DNA from: an uncultured Lentisphaerota bacterium
GTDB lineage: Bacteria > Verrucomicrobiota > Kiritimatiellia > CAIQIC01
NCBI GenBank assembly: GCA_903912445.1
Contig: CAIWHP010000042.1
Span: forward strand, 8,907 to 72,906
Reading direction: 5' to 3'
DNA length: 64,000 nt
Shown here: piece after piece, positions 18,612 to 28,685 of the stretch
How the letters are laid out: each line of letters starts with the position of its first letter
How positions within the stretch are numbered: the stretch's first letter is position 1
Translations under genes and position numbers: made by a program
Notes under the pieces: generated by a model
What the model saw: only the letters and a program-made list of their open reading frames with translations
Database searches by the model: none
Told to the model about the DNA's origin: nothing

Positions 18612-21600
18612 ATGAAGATGCTTTTGCTGGGTCTGTGGGCGGGCGTGGCCGTGCTGGGGGCGGCCCGCGGCGGCACTGTGGGCCGGGTGGATCCGGAGAC
18701 GCTGCGCACGCCGCTTTATGTCGCGGAGGGCGATGCGTTCGTCCGGCACAACGGCGACCGCTTCAACAACCGGCCGCTCTACTGCAACCAGATCAGCGCC
18801 ATCGTCGTCGCGGGCGACCGGCCGCTCGTCCGCTTCGGGCAGGGCGTGGTGCTCAACGGCACGTTCATGGCGGCGCTAGTCCGTGGCGACAGGGCCAAGT
18901 GGCTGCACGATTTTTCCGATAACACCTCGAAGTATCGCCCGGACCGCATGGAGTGGATTCTCAAGGACAGCGGTTTCGGCGCAACAGAACTGATTTTCCG
19001 GGCGGTACCGCCGGCCGAAGGCGCGGGCGTGGAGCTGCAGCTGCAGATCGAAAACGCGCAGCCCGGCGACCGCCTGGTCTGGGTCTGCGGCGGCGCGGTC
19101 CAGCAGGCGAAGAGCATGGTTGATGTCTGGGATGTGACGACAGGCGGACGCCAGAAAACGCTGACGCGCGGCTTTGATCCTGAAGAGTGCCATACCAACC
19201 GCGTGACGCTCGATGGCGCACGCTTCCTCGTGCAAGCGAACAGCGGCCGCGCTGCGAGCGCCATGGTGGGCCAGTGCAGTGTGGCGTCCAAGATGATCGT
19301 CGCCGACGCCGCGGCGTGGAGAGACCCGCTGAAACTTTTGGCGAGTACCGGCAAAGAGCGGCCGCTCGTATGCGGCGAGGTTGATCTCGACGGCCAGCGG
19401 TCGCTCTGCTGGACAATGCACAGCTACCGGAGCGGGAAGTCGGTCAAGGTGCCGAAACTTTTGCCGCCGGTCGAGGCGTTCGTGGCGGGCTTGCGCCGGG
19501 CCGAAGCCATCGGCAACCGGATCGTCGTGCAGACGCCGGACGCGCAGCTCAACGCGCAGGTCGCGGCGTCGAGCGCGGTGATGGATGGCGTCTTCCGCGA
19601 AGGCATCTTCACGCACTCCGGGATGCGCTGGGGCGTGCCGCTGCTGGGCTGGCGCACCATGTTCGGCGGCACGGCCTACGGCTGGCACGAGCGCGTGCTG
19701 GCGCAGGCGCGCACCTGCCTCGCGAAGCAGATCACCGAATCCGACAAGACGGTCGCAAAGGCCGACGAGAAAACCGGCCTAAGTTGCCAGGCGCTCGACT
19801 CGCGCCTGTTCGGCAAGGGCCGCGTCAACCTCCATCACCCCTGGCACTACGACATGCAGAGCCAGTTTTTCGACCAGCTCATCCACGCGTGGCGCTGGAC
19901 CGGCGACGCGGAACTGGAGAAAATTCTGCGCCCTGCGTTGGAGCTGCATCTGGAATACATCCGCGACTGCTTCGATCCGGATGACGACGGGCTCTACGAG
20001 AGCTACGCGAATACGTGGCCGACCGACGACCAGTGGTACAACGGCGGCGGCACCGCGGAGGAGACGGCTTACGCCTACACCGGCCACAAGGCGGCGCTGG
20101 AACTCGCCCGCCGCGCGGGCGACAACGCCGCGGTCCAAAGACACGAGGCGCGGCTGGCGAAGATTCATAAGAGTTTTATAGAGCGGCTGTGGATTCCGTC
20201 CAAGGGCTACGTCGGCTCGTATGTCGAACAGGGCGGGCACGGCCGGCTGCACGAGGACTCCTGGCTGTATGCGATCTTCTGCCCGATCGATGCCGGCATG
20301 TTGCCGACCGACCTGGCGGCCAAATCGCTCTACTACACCGAGTGGGGACTGGAGCGCGAGCAGATGCCCTACGGCGGCGAGCGCGTGTGGCCTTCCAACT
20401 GGGTGCCGAGCATCTGGTCGCTGCGCGAGATGTGGCCCGGCGACAACTATCACTTGGCGCTCGCCTACTTCCAGACCGGCCTGGCCGACGACGGCTGGAA
20501 GGTGCTGCGCGGGACCTTCCCGCACATGGCTTTCTACGGCCCGGTCCCCGGCGATCTGGGCTATCCCAACGGCGGCACGGACTTCAACGACTGCGCCAGC
20601 ATGTTCTGCCGGATGGTGGTGGAAGGCCTCTTCGGCTACCGGCCCGATTATCCCAACGGCCTCGTCACCATCGCGCCGCAGCTGCCCTCCGACTGGGAGC
20701 ACGCCTCGATCAAAACGCCGGACGTTGCGCTCGATTTCACCCGGACAAAAGTTTCCGTTTCGCTGACCAAGCCCGCCGCATTGGAACTGCGCCTGCCGGT
20801 GCGTGCAAAAAAAGTCACGGCAGTCACGGTCAACGGTCAGCCAGCAAAATGGGATGTGTTGCCCGCCTACGGGCACAGCGATCTCCGCGTCCGCGTGCCG
20901 GCCACGAAAACCGCAACGATCGAAATGGTCTGCACGGAACCCTTGTCGCAGTTCGACGCCCTGCCGCTGAAGGTGGTGGCCGGGGAAAATCCCCATCCGC
21001 CGGTCGGCGAAGCCAAGCTGCTGGAATATTCCACCTTCCCGAAGACCGCCGGATATCATCTGGTTGACGCGCTGGTGCAGACCGGCGAAACACAGCAACG
21101 TCGCCTGTTCAAGGTCAAGGTGAGCGATCCTGCCGCCGAGGCAGCGGAGGCTGCGCGTATTTTCGAAAAAGTTCCGGCCGCTGCGCAGTGGGAGGGCGTG
21201 GACGTGTCGCAGCAGCTCAACGGCGATATTCGCGCGATCTTCCAGCAGCAGTATCTCTCGCCGCGCCCGGCGACCTGTTCGCTGCGGCTCGCGGCCGACG
21301 GCTACTCCACGTGGCAGATGATGCTCGACCCGAAACACAAGACGCCGGTGATTGACCTGGCCGGCGTGCCCAAGCTGCTCGACCCCGCCCAGCGACTGCG
21401 CACGCCGCAGGGTGTCCCGTTCGCGTGGGCCGGGGGCGGGAAGAACATCGCGTTCACCTCGCTGTGGGACAACTGGCCGCGGCAGGTGACCGTGCCGGTG
21501 AACAAGAAAGCCGAGGGGCTGTGGCTGCTCGTGTGCGGCTTCACCAACCCGATGCAGGGCCGGATCGCCAATGCCGAGCTGCGGCTCAAGTACGCCGATG

Positions 21601-21869
21601 GCGTGGTGGAAAAAATCGAACTCGTGCCGCCCTTCAATTTCTGGTCGCTGTGCCCGTTCGGGCGCGCGGACTACGACTACCAGCGCGACGGCTTCGCGCT
21701 GCCCAAGGTCCCGCCGCAGACCGTGCAGCTCGGCGCCAACTGCCGTGCGATCGTGCTCAACCAGCGCCTGCGCCCCGGCGTCGCGCTGGAAAGCATCACG
21801 CTCGAAACGCTCTCGCAGGAAGTGATCATCGGCCTGCTGGGCGCGAGCCTGATGAATTCGGGCAGATGA
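18612..21869 (+). CDS. DUF4450-like secreted protein with six-hairpin glycosidase-like core
   Basis: Signal peptide. Motifs EGDAFVRHNGDRFNNRPLY, YDMQSQFFDQ, FDPDDDGLYESY, NIAFTSLWDNWP. Confidence 0.7.
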   Translation: MKMLLLGLWAGVAVLGAARGGTVGRVDPETLRTPLYVAEGDAFVRHNGDRFNNRPLYCNQISAIVVAGDRPLVRFGQGVVLNGTFMAALVRGDRAKWLHDFSDNTSKYRPDRMEWILKDSGFGATELIFRAVPPAEGAGVELQLQIENAQPGDRLVWVCGGAVQQAKSMVDVWDVTTGGRQKTLTRGFDPEECHTNRVTLDGARFLVQANSGRAASAMVGQCSVASKMIVADAAAWRDPLKLLASTGKERPLVCGEVDLDGQRSLCWTMHSYRSGKSVKVPKLLPPVEAFVAGLRRAEAIGNRIVVQTPDAQLNAQVAASSAVMDGVFREGIFTHSGMRWGVPLLGWRTMFGGTAYGWHERVLAQARTCLAKQITESDKTVAKADEKTGLSCQALDSRLFGKGRVNLHHPWHYDMQSQFFDQLIHAWRWTGDAELEKILRPALELHLEYIRDCFDPDDDGLYESYANTWPTDDQWYNGGGTAEETAYAYTGHKAALELARRAGDNAAVQRHEARLAKIHKSFIERLWIPSKGYVGSYVEQGGHGRLHEDSWLYAIFCPIDAGMLPTDLAAKSLYYTEWGLEREQMPYGGERVWPSNWVPSIWSLREMWPGDNYHLALAYFQTGLADDGWKVLRGTFPHMAFYGPVPGDLGYPNGGTDFNDCASMFCRMVVEGLFGYRPDYPNGLVTIAPQLPSDWEHASIKTPDVALDFTRTKVSVSLTKPAALELRLPVRAKKVTAVTVNGQPAKWDVLPAYGHSDLRVRVPATKTATIEMVCTEPLSQFDALPLKVVAGENPHPPVGEAKLLEYSTFPKTAGYHLVDALVQTGETQQRRLFKVKVSDPAAEAAEAARIFEKVPAAAQWEGVDVSQQLNGDIRAIFQQQYLSPRPATCSLRLAADGYSTWQMMLDPKHKTPVIDLAGVPKLLDPAQRLRTPQGVPFAWAGGGKNIAFTSLWDNWPRQVTVPVNKKAEGLWLLVCGFTNPMQGRIANAELRLKYADGVVEKIELVPPFNFWSLCPFGRADYDYQRDGFALPKVPPQTVQLGANCRAIVLNQRLRPGVALESITLETLSQEVIIGLLGASLMNSGR

Positions 21870-21891
21870 CACAACCTTTCGGGTCTATGAA

Positions 21892-21939
21892 TTTCCAAGG
21901 ATTGGAATATGATCGCGCCGTTTTCCCAAGGCTTGGAAA
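21892..21939. repeat. 17-bp dyad doublet (period 31)
   Basis: TTTCCAAGGATTGGAAT 21892, TTCCCAAGGCTTGGAAA 21923. Confidence 0.9.
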
Positions 21940-21955
21940 TGACCGGAGACACCGA

Positions 21956-23548
21956 ATGAAACGGATTGTGCAGTTGATCGCCGCAGCGTTGCTGCCCGCC
22001 CTGCCGGTCGCGCTGTCCGCCGCTGACACTCCGCGAACGCCCAGCATTGTTTTCATCCTCGCCGATGATTGGGGCTGGGGTGATTTATCGTGCCACGGGC
22101 ATCCGTGGTTGAAGACGCCGAACCTTGACCGGCTGGCCGGCGAGGGCATCGACTTCCAGCAGTTCAATGTGCTCAATCCCGTGTGCTCGCCGAGCCGAAC
22201 AGCGGTAATGACGGGGCAGTATCCGGCGCGCGTTTCCATTCATCAGCATTTTGCCGCACCCGTGCAGAATCATGAGCGGGGTATGCCGGACTGGCTGGAC
22301 CCGAAGACACCCACGTTGCCACGCCTTCTGAAAGAGGCGGGCTATCGCACCGCGCACTTCGGCAAGTGGCATCTCACCAACCGCGAGACACATGGTGCGC
22401 CAAAACCGGAGGCCTATGGCTATGACGAGGCGGCCGTGTTCAATGGTGGCGCGGAATGGCCGTCGGCGGATTTGCACGCCACGGCGAAGGACGCGGTGGC
22501 CTTCATCAAGGCGAACAAGGCCAAGCCGTTCTTCATCAACGTGTGGATTCACGAAAGCCACACGCCTCACGTCCCCACGCCGGCATCCATGGAGCGCTGG
22601 AAGCATCTCGACGAGCAAAAGCAGGTTTATTCCGCTGTCATCACCGATGGCGACAACGCCGTCGGTATGATTATCGATGCACTCAAGGCGGAAGGTCTTG
22701 AGAACAGCACCCTCGTGATGTTTTCGAGTGATAACGGCCCGGAGAGTACCGGAAGCAAGCCGAAGAAGAGCTCAGTCGATCGGGATGCGAAGGTCACGGG
22801 CTACGACACCTACTACAGCATCGGCGACACCGGCGGGCTGCGCGGCCGGAAGCGCAGCCTGTTCGAAGGTGGCGTGCGGGTGCCCTTCCTCGTGCGCTGG
22901 CCCGGGCACACACCGGCGGGCGCAAAGAACAACACGACGGCTTTCACCGCGGTGGACCTGCTGCCGACACTCTGCGCCGCTGCGGGAGTGAGCCTGCCCG
23001 CCGACTACAAGGGCGACGGCGAAAACCTGCTCGCAGCCTTTGACGGGAAAGGCATCAGCCGCACGCGGCCCATCTTCTGGGAATGGCTCGGCAACAAAGC
23101 CGAGCCCGACTGGTGGCCGCGCCTCGCTGTGCGCGATGGCGGGTGGAAGCTCGCGATGACGGAAGATGCGCAGCGCGTCGAGTTGCATCAGCTCCTCGAC
23201 GACCGTGCGGAGGCGAAGGACATCGCGAAGGAGCACCCGGACATCGTCGCCCGTCTGACCAGGCTCGCGCTCGACTGGAAAGCCACGCTGCCCGAGAAAC
23301 CAAACCCCGCGTGCCTGACCACAGTGTCGGACCCCCAGAAACCCGGTCCGCAGAAACCCCGTGTCAAAGGCGTGACTCCTGAAGTCCGCTCCAAAGCCTT
23401 TGACCGCTGGGACACAAACCACGACGGGTTCCTCACGCTCGACGAATACCAAGCCGGATTGAAGGGTCAGGAAAACCTCGAAGCCCGTTTCAAGAGCTTC
23501 GACAAGAACGGCGACGGGAAACTGATCCGCGAAGAGTTCGTGCGATGA
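21956..23548 (+). CDS. S1 (formylglycine-dependent) sulfatase with C-terminal EF-hand pair
   Basis: Motifs FILADDWGWGD, CSPSR, GKWHL, SDNGP. EF-hands DTNHDGFLTLDE and DKNGDGKLIREE. Confidence 0.92.
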   Translation: MKRIVQLIAAALLPALPVALSAADTPRTPSIVFILADDWGWGDLSCHGHPWLKTPNLDRLAGEGIDFQQFNVLNPVCSPSRTAVMTGQYPARVSIHQHFAAPVQNHERGMPDWLDPKTPTLPRLLKEAGYRTAHFGKWHLTNRETHGAPKPEAYGYDEAAVFNGGAEWPSADLHATAKDAVAFIKANKAKPFFINVWIHESHTPHVPTPASMERWKHLDEQKQVYSAVITDGDNAVGMIIDALKAEGLENSTLVMFSSDNGPESTGSKPKKSSVDRDAKVTGYDTYYSIGDTGGLRGRKRSLFEGGVRVPFLVRWPGHTPAGAKNNTTAFTAVDLLPTLCAAAGVSLPADYKGDGENLLAAFDGKGISRTRPIFWEWLGNKAEPDWWPRLAVRDGGWKLAMTEDAQRVELHQLLDDRAEAKDIAKEHPDIVARLTRLALDWKATLPEKPNPACLTTVSDPQKPGPQKPRVKGVTPEVRSKAFDRWDTNHDGFLTLDEYQAGLKGQENLEARFKSFDKNGDGKLIREEFVR

Positions 23549-23582
23549 TTTTCCCAATAATTAAAACAATGAAGGGCATCAA

Positions 23583-24782
23583 ATGAAGCGAAACCTGTTG
23601 CTGGCGCTCACTCCACTGCTGCTGGCGCCATGGACCGCGCTCCATGCCGCGTTGCCCGATCCGAACACCTGCGAGGAGCTGCGCATGCGGGACGGACTGC
23701 CGAACTTCTTCGCCAAGCTGGCGGCGGGCGGGCCGGTGCGCGTCGCCTATCTCGGCGGCAGCATCACCGCCGCCGACGGCTGGCGGCCGAAAAGCTTCGC
23801 GTGGTTCAAGGCGCAGTTTCCCAAGGCGGAGCTGATCGAGATCAACGCGGCGATCTCCGGCACCGGTTCCGACTATGGCGCGTGCCGGATCGCCGGCGAT
23901 GTGCTCGCGAAAAATCCCGACCTCGTTTTCATGGAGCACCGCGTGAACGGCGGTGGCGGCTACGAGGCCAAGTCCGTGGAAGGCATCGTGCGGCAGATCT
24001 GGAAGCAGAACCCGCGGACCGATATCTGCCTCATCTACACGCTTTCGCAGGGCATGCTCAAAGACCTGCAAGCCGGCAAGCAGGCGTGGTTCGGCGATGT
24101 CATGGAGAAGGTTGCCAACGTCTACGGCATCCCCTCGATCGATCTCGGCGTGGAGGTCGCCAAGCGCGAGCAGGCGGGCAGCCTCGTTTTCAAAGGCGAC
24201 GCGCCCGTGGCCGGCAAGCTGGTCTTCTCCAAGGACGGCGTGCATCCCGGCAACGAGGGGCACGATCTCTATCGCGACAGCATCGCCCGCTCGATGCTCG
24301 CGATGAAGACCCTCGGCAAAGCGCAGGCGCATCCGCTGCCCGCGCCGATGGAAGCGCGCTGCTGGGAGACGGCGACGCTCGTGCCCATCGCCCAGATCGC
24401 GCATAGCGCCGGCTGGCAGCCGGTGGACGCGAAAAACGATGCCGTCTATCGCGACGATTTTGGCCGCACGGACGCGATGCTGCGCGGCGCCATGAAATGC
24501 GGCCAGGCCGGCGAAACCATCACCGTGACCTGGACCGGCACGACCCTCGGCTTCAGCGACATCCCGCAGGGCAGCAACATGGTTGTCGAGGTGACGATTG
24601 ATCACGCCGCGCCCATCGCCATCAAGCGCGTACAGTCGGAAAGCCGGAAACGCTACGCCCGGTTTTTCTATCTGCCCGAGCAGGCTCCCGGCGAGCATAC
24701 CGCGGTGCTGCAGGTGAAGCACTTACCCGACGGCCTCTGCTTCTACGCGGGGCACGTGCTTATCATCGGTTCCAAACACTGA
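23583..24782 (+). CDS. SGNH/GDSL hydrolase (putative carbohydrate esterase)
   Basis: Signal peptide. Motifs YLGGSIT, NAAISGTGS, DGVHP. Confidence 0.85.
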   Translation: MKRNLLLALTPLLLAPWTALHAALPDPNTCEELRMRDGLPNFFAKLAAGGPVRVAYLGGSITAADGWRPKSFAWFKAQFPKAELIEINAAISGTGSDYGACRIAGDVLAKNPDLVFMEHRVNGGGGYEAKSVEGIVRQIWKQNPRTDICLIYTLSQGMLKDLQAGKQAWFGDVMEKVANVYGIPSIDLGVEVAKREQAGSLVFKGDAPVAGKLVFSKDGVHPGNEGHDLYRDSIARSMLAMKTLGKAQAHPLPAPMEARCWETATLVPIAQIAHSAGWQPVDAKNDAVYRDDFGRTDAMLRGAMKCGQAGETITVTWTGTTLGFSDIPQGSNMVVEVTIDHAAPIAIKRVQSESRKRYARFFYLPEQAPGEHTAVLQVKHLPDGLCFYAGHVLIIGSKH

Positions 24783-24787
24783 GGCCC

Positions 24788-25900
24788 ATGAAGACCAAGC
24801 GTTTCGTTTTTATTGCCGCCCTGCTGTTGGCTCCGCTCGGCGCGCCGGGCGCCGCCGAGGCGCTGCCCCGCAAAACCATTGTCAGCATCGTTGGCGAAGA
24901 TTTTCACATCAATGGCCAGCCGACGTTCGCAGGCCGCTCGTGGCGGGGGCACCGCATCGAAGGGTTGCTACCCAACGCGCGGATGGTACAGGCAGTTTTC
25001 GACGACCTGAACCCGGAGACGGCCAAGCGCTGGGCCTACGCGGACACCGGCCGGTGGGACGCCGAACGCAACGTGCGCGAGTTCATCGCGGCGCTGCCGG
25101 AGTGGCGGCGCCACGGGCTGCTCGCGGTCACGGTGAACTTTCAAGGCGGCTCGCCGGAGGGCTACTCGAAGACGCAGCCGTGGGAGACCGGCGCATTCAC
25201 CGCCGAGGGCGCGCTGCGGAAAGAGTTCGCCGGACGGATGGCGCGCGTGCTCGATGCCGCCGATGAGTTGGGCATGGTGGTCATCGTCGGCTACTTCTAC
25301 TTCGGCCAGGACCAGCGGCTGCGCGACGAAACCGCCGTGCTGCGCGCGACGGACGAAGCCACGCGCTGGTTGCTCGACGGCGGCTGGCGGAACGTGCTCG
25401 TGGAGGTGAACAACGAGTGCAACGTCAAGGCCTATGACCATGACAGCCTGCGTCCGGCGCGTGTTCACGAGTTGATCGAACGCGTGCGCAAGACCGGACT
25501 CAAAGGCCGGCGCCTGCTCGCGGGCACCAGCTATGGCGGCGGCGCGGTGCCGCAGGAAAACGTCGTGCGCGCGTCGGACTTCCTGCTGCTCCACGGCAAC
25601 GGCGTCAAGCAGCCCGCCCGCATCGCGGAGATGGCGCAGAAGACCCGCGCCGTGCCCGGCTACCGGCCGATGCCGATCGTGTTCAACGAAGACGATCACG
25701 AAGCCTTCGGCCAGCCGGCGAACAATTTCACCGCCGCCATCGCCGCGCACGCCTCGTGGGGCTGGTTCGACTACCGCCGCAAAGGCGAAGGCTTCAATGA
25801 AGGCTTTCAATCCCCGCCCGTCAACTGGGGCCTCGCCTCCGAACGCAAACGCGCCTTCTTCAAACTCCTCGCGGACATCACCGGCGGTGCGCAACCATGA
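24788..25900 (+). CDS. Secreted TIM-barrel protein, putative clan-A glycoside hydrolase
   Basis: Signal peptide. VNNE acid/base-like motif and PIVFNED nucleophile-like motif. Confidence 0.6.
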   Translation: MKTKRFVFIAALLLAPLGAPGAAEALPRKTIVSIVGEDFHINGQPTFAGRSWRGHRIEGLLPNARMVQAVFDDLNPETAKRWAYADTGRWDAERNVREFIAALPEWRRHGLLAVTVNFQGGSPEGYSKTQPWETGAFTAEGALRKEFAGRMARVLDAADELGMVVIVGYFYFGQDQRLRDETAVLRATDEATRWLLDGGWRNVLVEVNNECNVKAYDHDSLRPARVHELIERVRKTGLKGRRLLAGTSYGGGAVPQENVVRASDFLLLHGNGVKQPARIAEMAQKTRAVPGYRPMPIVFNEDDHEAFGQPANNFTAAIAAHASWGWFDYRRKGEGFNEGFQSPPVNWGLASERKRAFFKLLADITGGAQP

Positions 25901-27162
25901 AACACTTATCCGTACTTGTCGTTCTGCTGCTGACGCCACTGGTCGCGGCAGGCGCCGCCGCTGCCCCCAGCGGAACGTTGGCCTCGGCCCTGCAACCGTT
26001 CGTGGACCGGCAGATCATCGCCGGGGCGGTGGCGCTGGTGGCGGACCAGGGCCGGGTGCTCGCGGTGGAAACGGTGGGCTATGCCTCCTTGAGCGCGAAA
26101 GCGCCGATGCAGACCAACACCCTGTTCTGGCTCGCCTCCATCACCAAGACCTTCACCGCGACCGCGCTGATGATGCTGGTGGACGAGGGCAAGGTGAGCG
26201 TGGATGACCCGGTGGAGAAATATCTGCCGGAGTTCAAAGAGCAGCAGGTCGCAGACGCGACCGACAAAACGCGCCGGCATCCGCCGCAGCATCCGGTGCT
26301 GATCAAGGAGCTTCTGACCCACACCAGCGGCCTCATCGGGCCGAACGATGCGCCCATCAAACGGACCAACGTGTTGAAGGAGGACGCGGAACAGTATGCC
26401 GCCGCGCCGCTCAAGTGGGAGCCGGGCACCAAGTATCAATACAGCAACGCCGGCATCAACACCGCCGGACGCATCATCGAGGTGGTCAGCGGCATGCCCT
26501 ATGGGCAGTTCATCCAGCAGCGCCTCCTGGAGCCGCTCGGCATGACGGAGACCACGTTCTGGCCCGATGCCCAGCAGGCGGCGCGGCTCGCGCTGACCTC
26601 GCAGCGCAACAAGGAGAAAACCGCGCTCGAAGACCTGCCCAACAAGCCCGACCCGGCCTGGCTCAACCAGCCGACCAACGCGCCCAGCGTGCCGCTCATC
26701 GTGCGCACCTATAGCGGCGATGCGCTGCGGGCCTATCCGAACCGCTACGCAGCGCCGGCGAGCGGCCTGTTCTCGACCGCGCCCGACCTCGTCAAATTCG
26801 GCCAGATGATGCTCAACGGCGGCGTGAGCCGCGGTAAACGGCTCGTGTCTGCAGCCGCGTTCAAGCGCATGACCACCATCGAGGCGCGCGCTGTCCCCAT
26901 GAAGCCGGAGCCCAGCATCGGCCTCGGCTGGTTCGTCAAGCTGAACGATGATGATGGATTTGCCGTGGGCAGCTTCGGCCACAACGGCGCGCGCGGCCCC
27001 GTGATAAACGTGGACCCCAGCCACCAGCTCGTGATGATCCTCCTGATCGAGAGCGCCGACATTCAGCTGCTCGGCCAGCCGCGGGGCGCGGAGCAGAAGA
27101 ACCTCCGCACCACCTTCTTCCGCACCGCCATCGAGAAATACGGAAAGACACCCCAGCCATGA
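25897..27162 (+). CDS. Serine hydrolase, beta-lactamase (class C-like/esterase) family
   Basis: SITK (SxxK), LLTHTSG, YQYSN and GHNG motifs. Confidence 0.88.
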   Translation: MKHLSVLVVLLLTPLVAAGAAAAPSGTLASALQPFVDRQIIAGAVALVADQGRVLAVETVGYASLSAKAPMQTNTLFWLASITKTFTATALMMLVDEGKVSVDDPVEKYLPEFKEQQVADATDKTRRHPPQHPVLIKELLTHTSGLIGPNDAPIKRTNVLKEDAEQYAAAPLKWEPGTKYQYSNAGINTAGRIIEVVSGMPYGQFIQQRLLEPLGMTETTFWPDAQQAARLALTSQRNKEKTALEDLPNKPDPAWLNQPTNAPSVPLIVRTYSGDALRAYPNRYAAPASGLFSTAPDLVKFGQMMLNGGVSRGKRLVSAAAFKRMTTIEARAVPMKPEPSIGLGWFVKLNDDDGFAVGSFGHNGARGPVINVDPSHQLVMILLIESADIQLLGQPRGAEQKNLRTTFFRTAIEKYGKTPQP

Positions 27163-28475
27163 GAAAGCCCCTGCTGTTCTCGGCCTGCTTGATGGGCTTG
27201 ATCGGCACCACAAACGCCGCGGAGTTTTTCGTCGCGCCAGCCGGCGATGACGCCCAACCCGGCACGGAAGCCAAGCCCTTCGCCACCGTGCAGCGCGCCC
27301 AGCAGGCCGTGGCGCCGGGCGACAGCGTCTCCATCCGCGGCGGCACCTACCGCCTGACGGAAGCGCAGATCGCGAAGAAGAAGAGCATCTTCGCCGCCAT
27401 CACCTGCCTCGACAAGAGCGGCGCGCCCGGCAAGCCGATCACCTATCGCGCCTACCGGGATGAGCAGCCGGTCTTCGACTGTTCGGCCGTGAAACCAGCC
27501 GGCATGCGCGTCTCCGCTTTCGCCATCACCGGCTCATGGCTGCACCTGCAAGGCCTCGAGGTCACCGGCGTCCAGGTGACGATCAAAACGCACACGCAAT
27601 CCATCTGCTTCGAGAACAACGGCAGCCACAACATCTATGAGCGCCTCGCGATGCACGACGGGCAGGCGATCGGCCTCTACAGCGTGCGCGGCTCCAGCAA
27701 CCTATTCCTCAACTGCGACGCGTGGAGCAATCACGACTGCACCTCCGAGGACGGCAAGGGCGGGAACGCGGACGGCTTCGGCTGCCATCCGACGAAAGGC
27801 AGCATGGGCAATGTCTTTCGCGGCTGCCGCGCTTGGTACAACAGCGACGACGGCTTCGACTGCATTGGTGCCGCCGAGGGCGTGACCTTGGAAAACTGTT
27901 GGGCGTTTTACAACGGGCTCGACGCGGCCGGCGCGAAACTCGCCGACGGCAACGGCTTCAAGGCCGGCGGCTACGGCTCGCGCAAGCCCGGCGAGCTGCC
28001 CGTGCCCCTGCCGCGCCATGTGATCCGCGGCTGCCTTGCCGTGGGCAACCGCGCCAGCGGCTTCTACGCCAACCACCACCCCGGCGGCTGCGACTGGTTC
28101 AACAACACCGCGTTCCGCAACGGCATCAACTTCAACTTTCTCGGGCGGCTGGCCGATAACCTCACCGATGTCCCAGGCAGCGGCCATCGCATCCGTAACA
28201 ACGTCAGCTTCCGCAGCCGCGGCCTTGTCACCAGCTTCAAGCCGGAGCAGAACGAGGCCGACCACAACACCTTCGCGCCGGAGATGAAACTTGCCGACCG
28301 CGACTTCGTCAGCCTCGACGAGAAGCAGCTGACGCTGCCGCGCCAGGCCAACGGCGACCTGCCGGTCATCACCCTGCTGCATCCCGCCGCCGGCAGCGCG
28401 TTGCTCGGCGCCGGTGTGGATGCGGGCCTGCCCGGTCGCGGTCCCAAGCCCGACCTCGGTGCGTTCGGGCGGTGA
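27159..28475 (+). CDS. PL9-like polysaccharide lyase (right-handed beta-helix)
   Basis: Motifs GNADGFG, RAWYNSDDGFD, DGNGFKAGG, ANHHPGG. Confidence 0.82.
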   Translation: MRKPLLFSACLMGLIGTTNAAEFFVAPAGDDAQPGTEAKPFATVQRAQQAVAPGDSVSIRGGTYRLTEAQIAKKKSIFAAITCLDKSGAPGKPITYRAYRDEQPVFDCSAVKPAGMRVSAFAITGSWLHLQGLEVTGVQVTIKTHTQSICFENNGSHNIYERLAMHDGQAIGLYSVRGSSNLFLNCDAWSNHDCTSEDGKGGNADGFGCHPTKGSMGNVFRGCRAWYNSDDGFDCIGAAEGVTLENCWAFYNGLDAAGAKLADGNGFKAGGYGSRKPGELPVPLPRHVIRGCLAVGNRASGFYANHHPGGCDWFNNTAFRNGINFNFLGRLADNLTDVPGSGHRIRNNVSFRSRGLVTSFKPEQNEADHNTFAPEMKLADRDFVSLDEKQLTLPRQANGDLPVITLLHPAAGSALLGAGVDAGLPGRGPKPDLGAFGR

Positions 28476-28499
28476 GCGGGGTGATGTGTGGTTGCGGTT

Positions 28500-28525
28500 C
28501 GCGGGACTGGAAAGCCCCGCCCACA
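28500..28525 (-). repeat. GTGG-type REP-like hairpin
   Basis: Reverse strand reads TGTGGGCGGGGCTTTCCAGTCCCGCG (tetranucleotide plus imperfect palindrome). Confidence 0.55.
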
Positions 28526-28563
28526 AAGCAGGGGGCCGAGGGCGGGTCATGCGGCGTACAGCA

Positions 28564-28612
28564 TTTCCAATGTTTGGGAAAAGAGCCTGTTGCGGTTTCC
28601 AATGCCTGGAAA
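28564..28612. repeat. 17-bp dyad doublet (period 32)
   Basis: TTTCCAATGTTTGGGAA 28564, TTTCCAATGCCTGGAAA 28596. Confidence 0.88.
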
Positions 28613-28685
28613 CGGCTTTCCGCCATGCAACCGGTGCACGGAAATAGGCTTGCGTGCGGGACGCGGCGGGCGTTATGCAGGGCGC

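Noticed and set aside
23551-23567. Possible dyad copy TTCCCAATAATTAAAAC after the sulfatase stop
   Set aside because: The right arm is too degenerate and there is no partner at 31-32 bp.
25897-27162. Antibiotic-resistance beta-lactamase
   Set aside because: The SxxK fold is shared with esterases and peptidases, and the context among carbohydrate enzymes favours an esterase.
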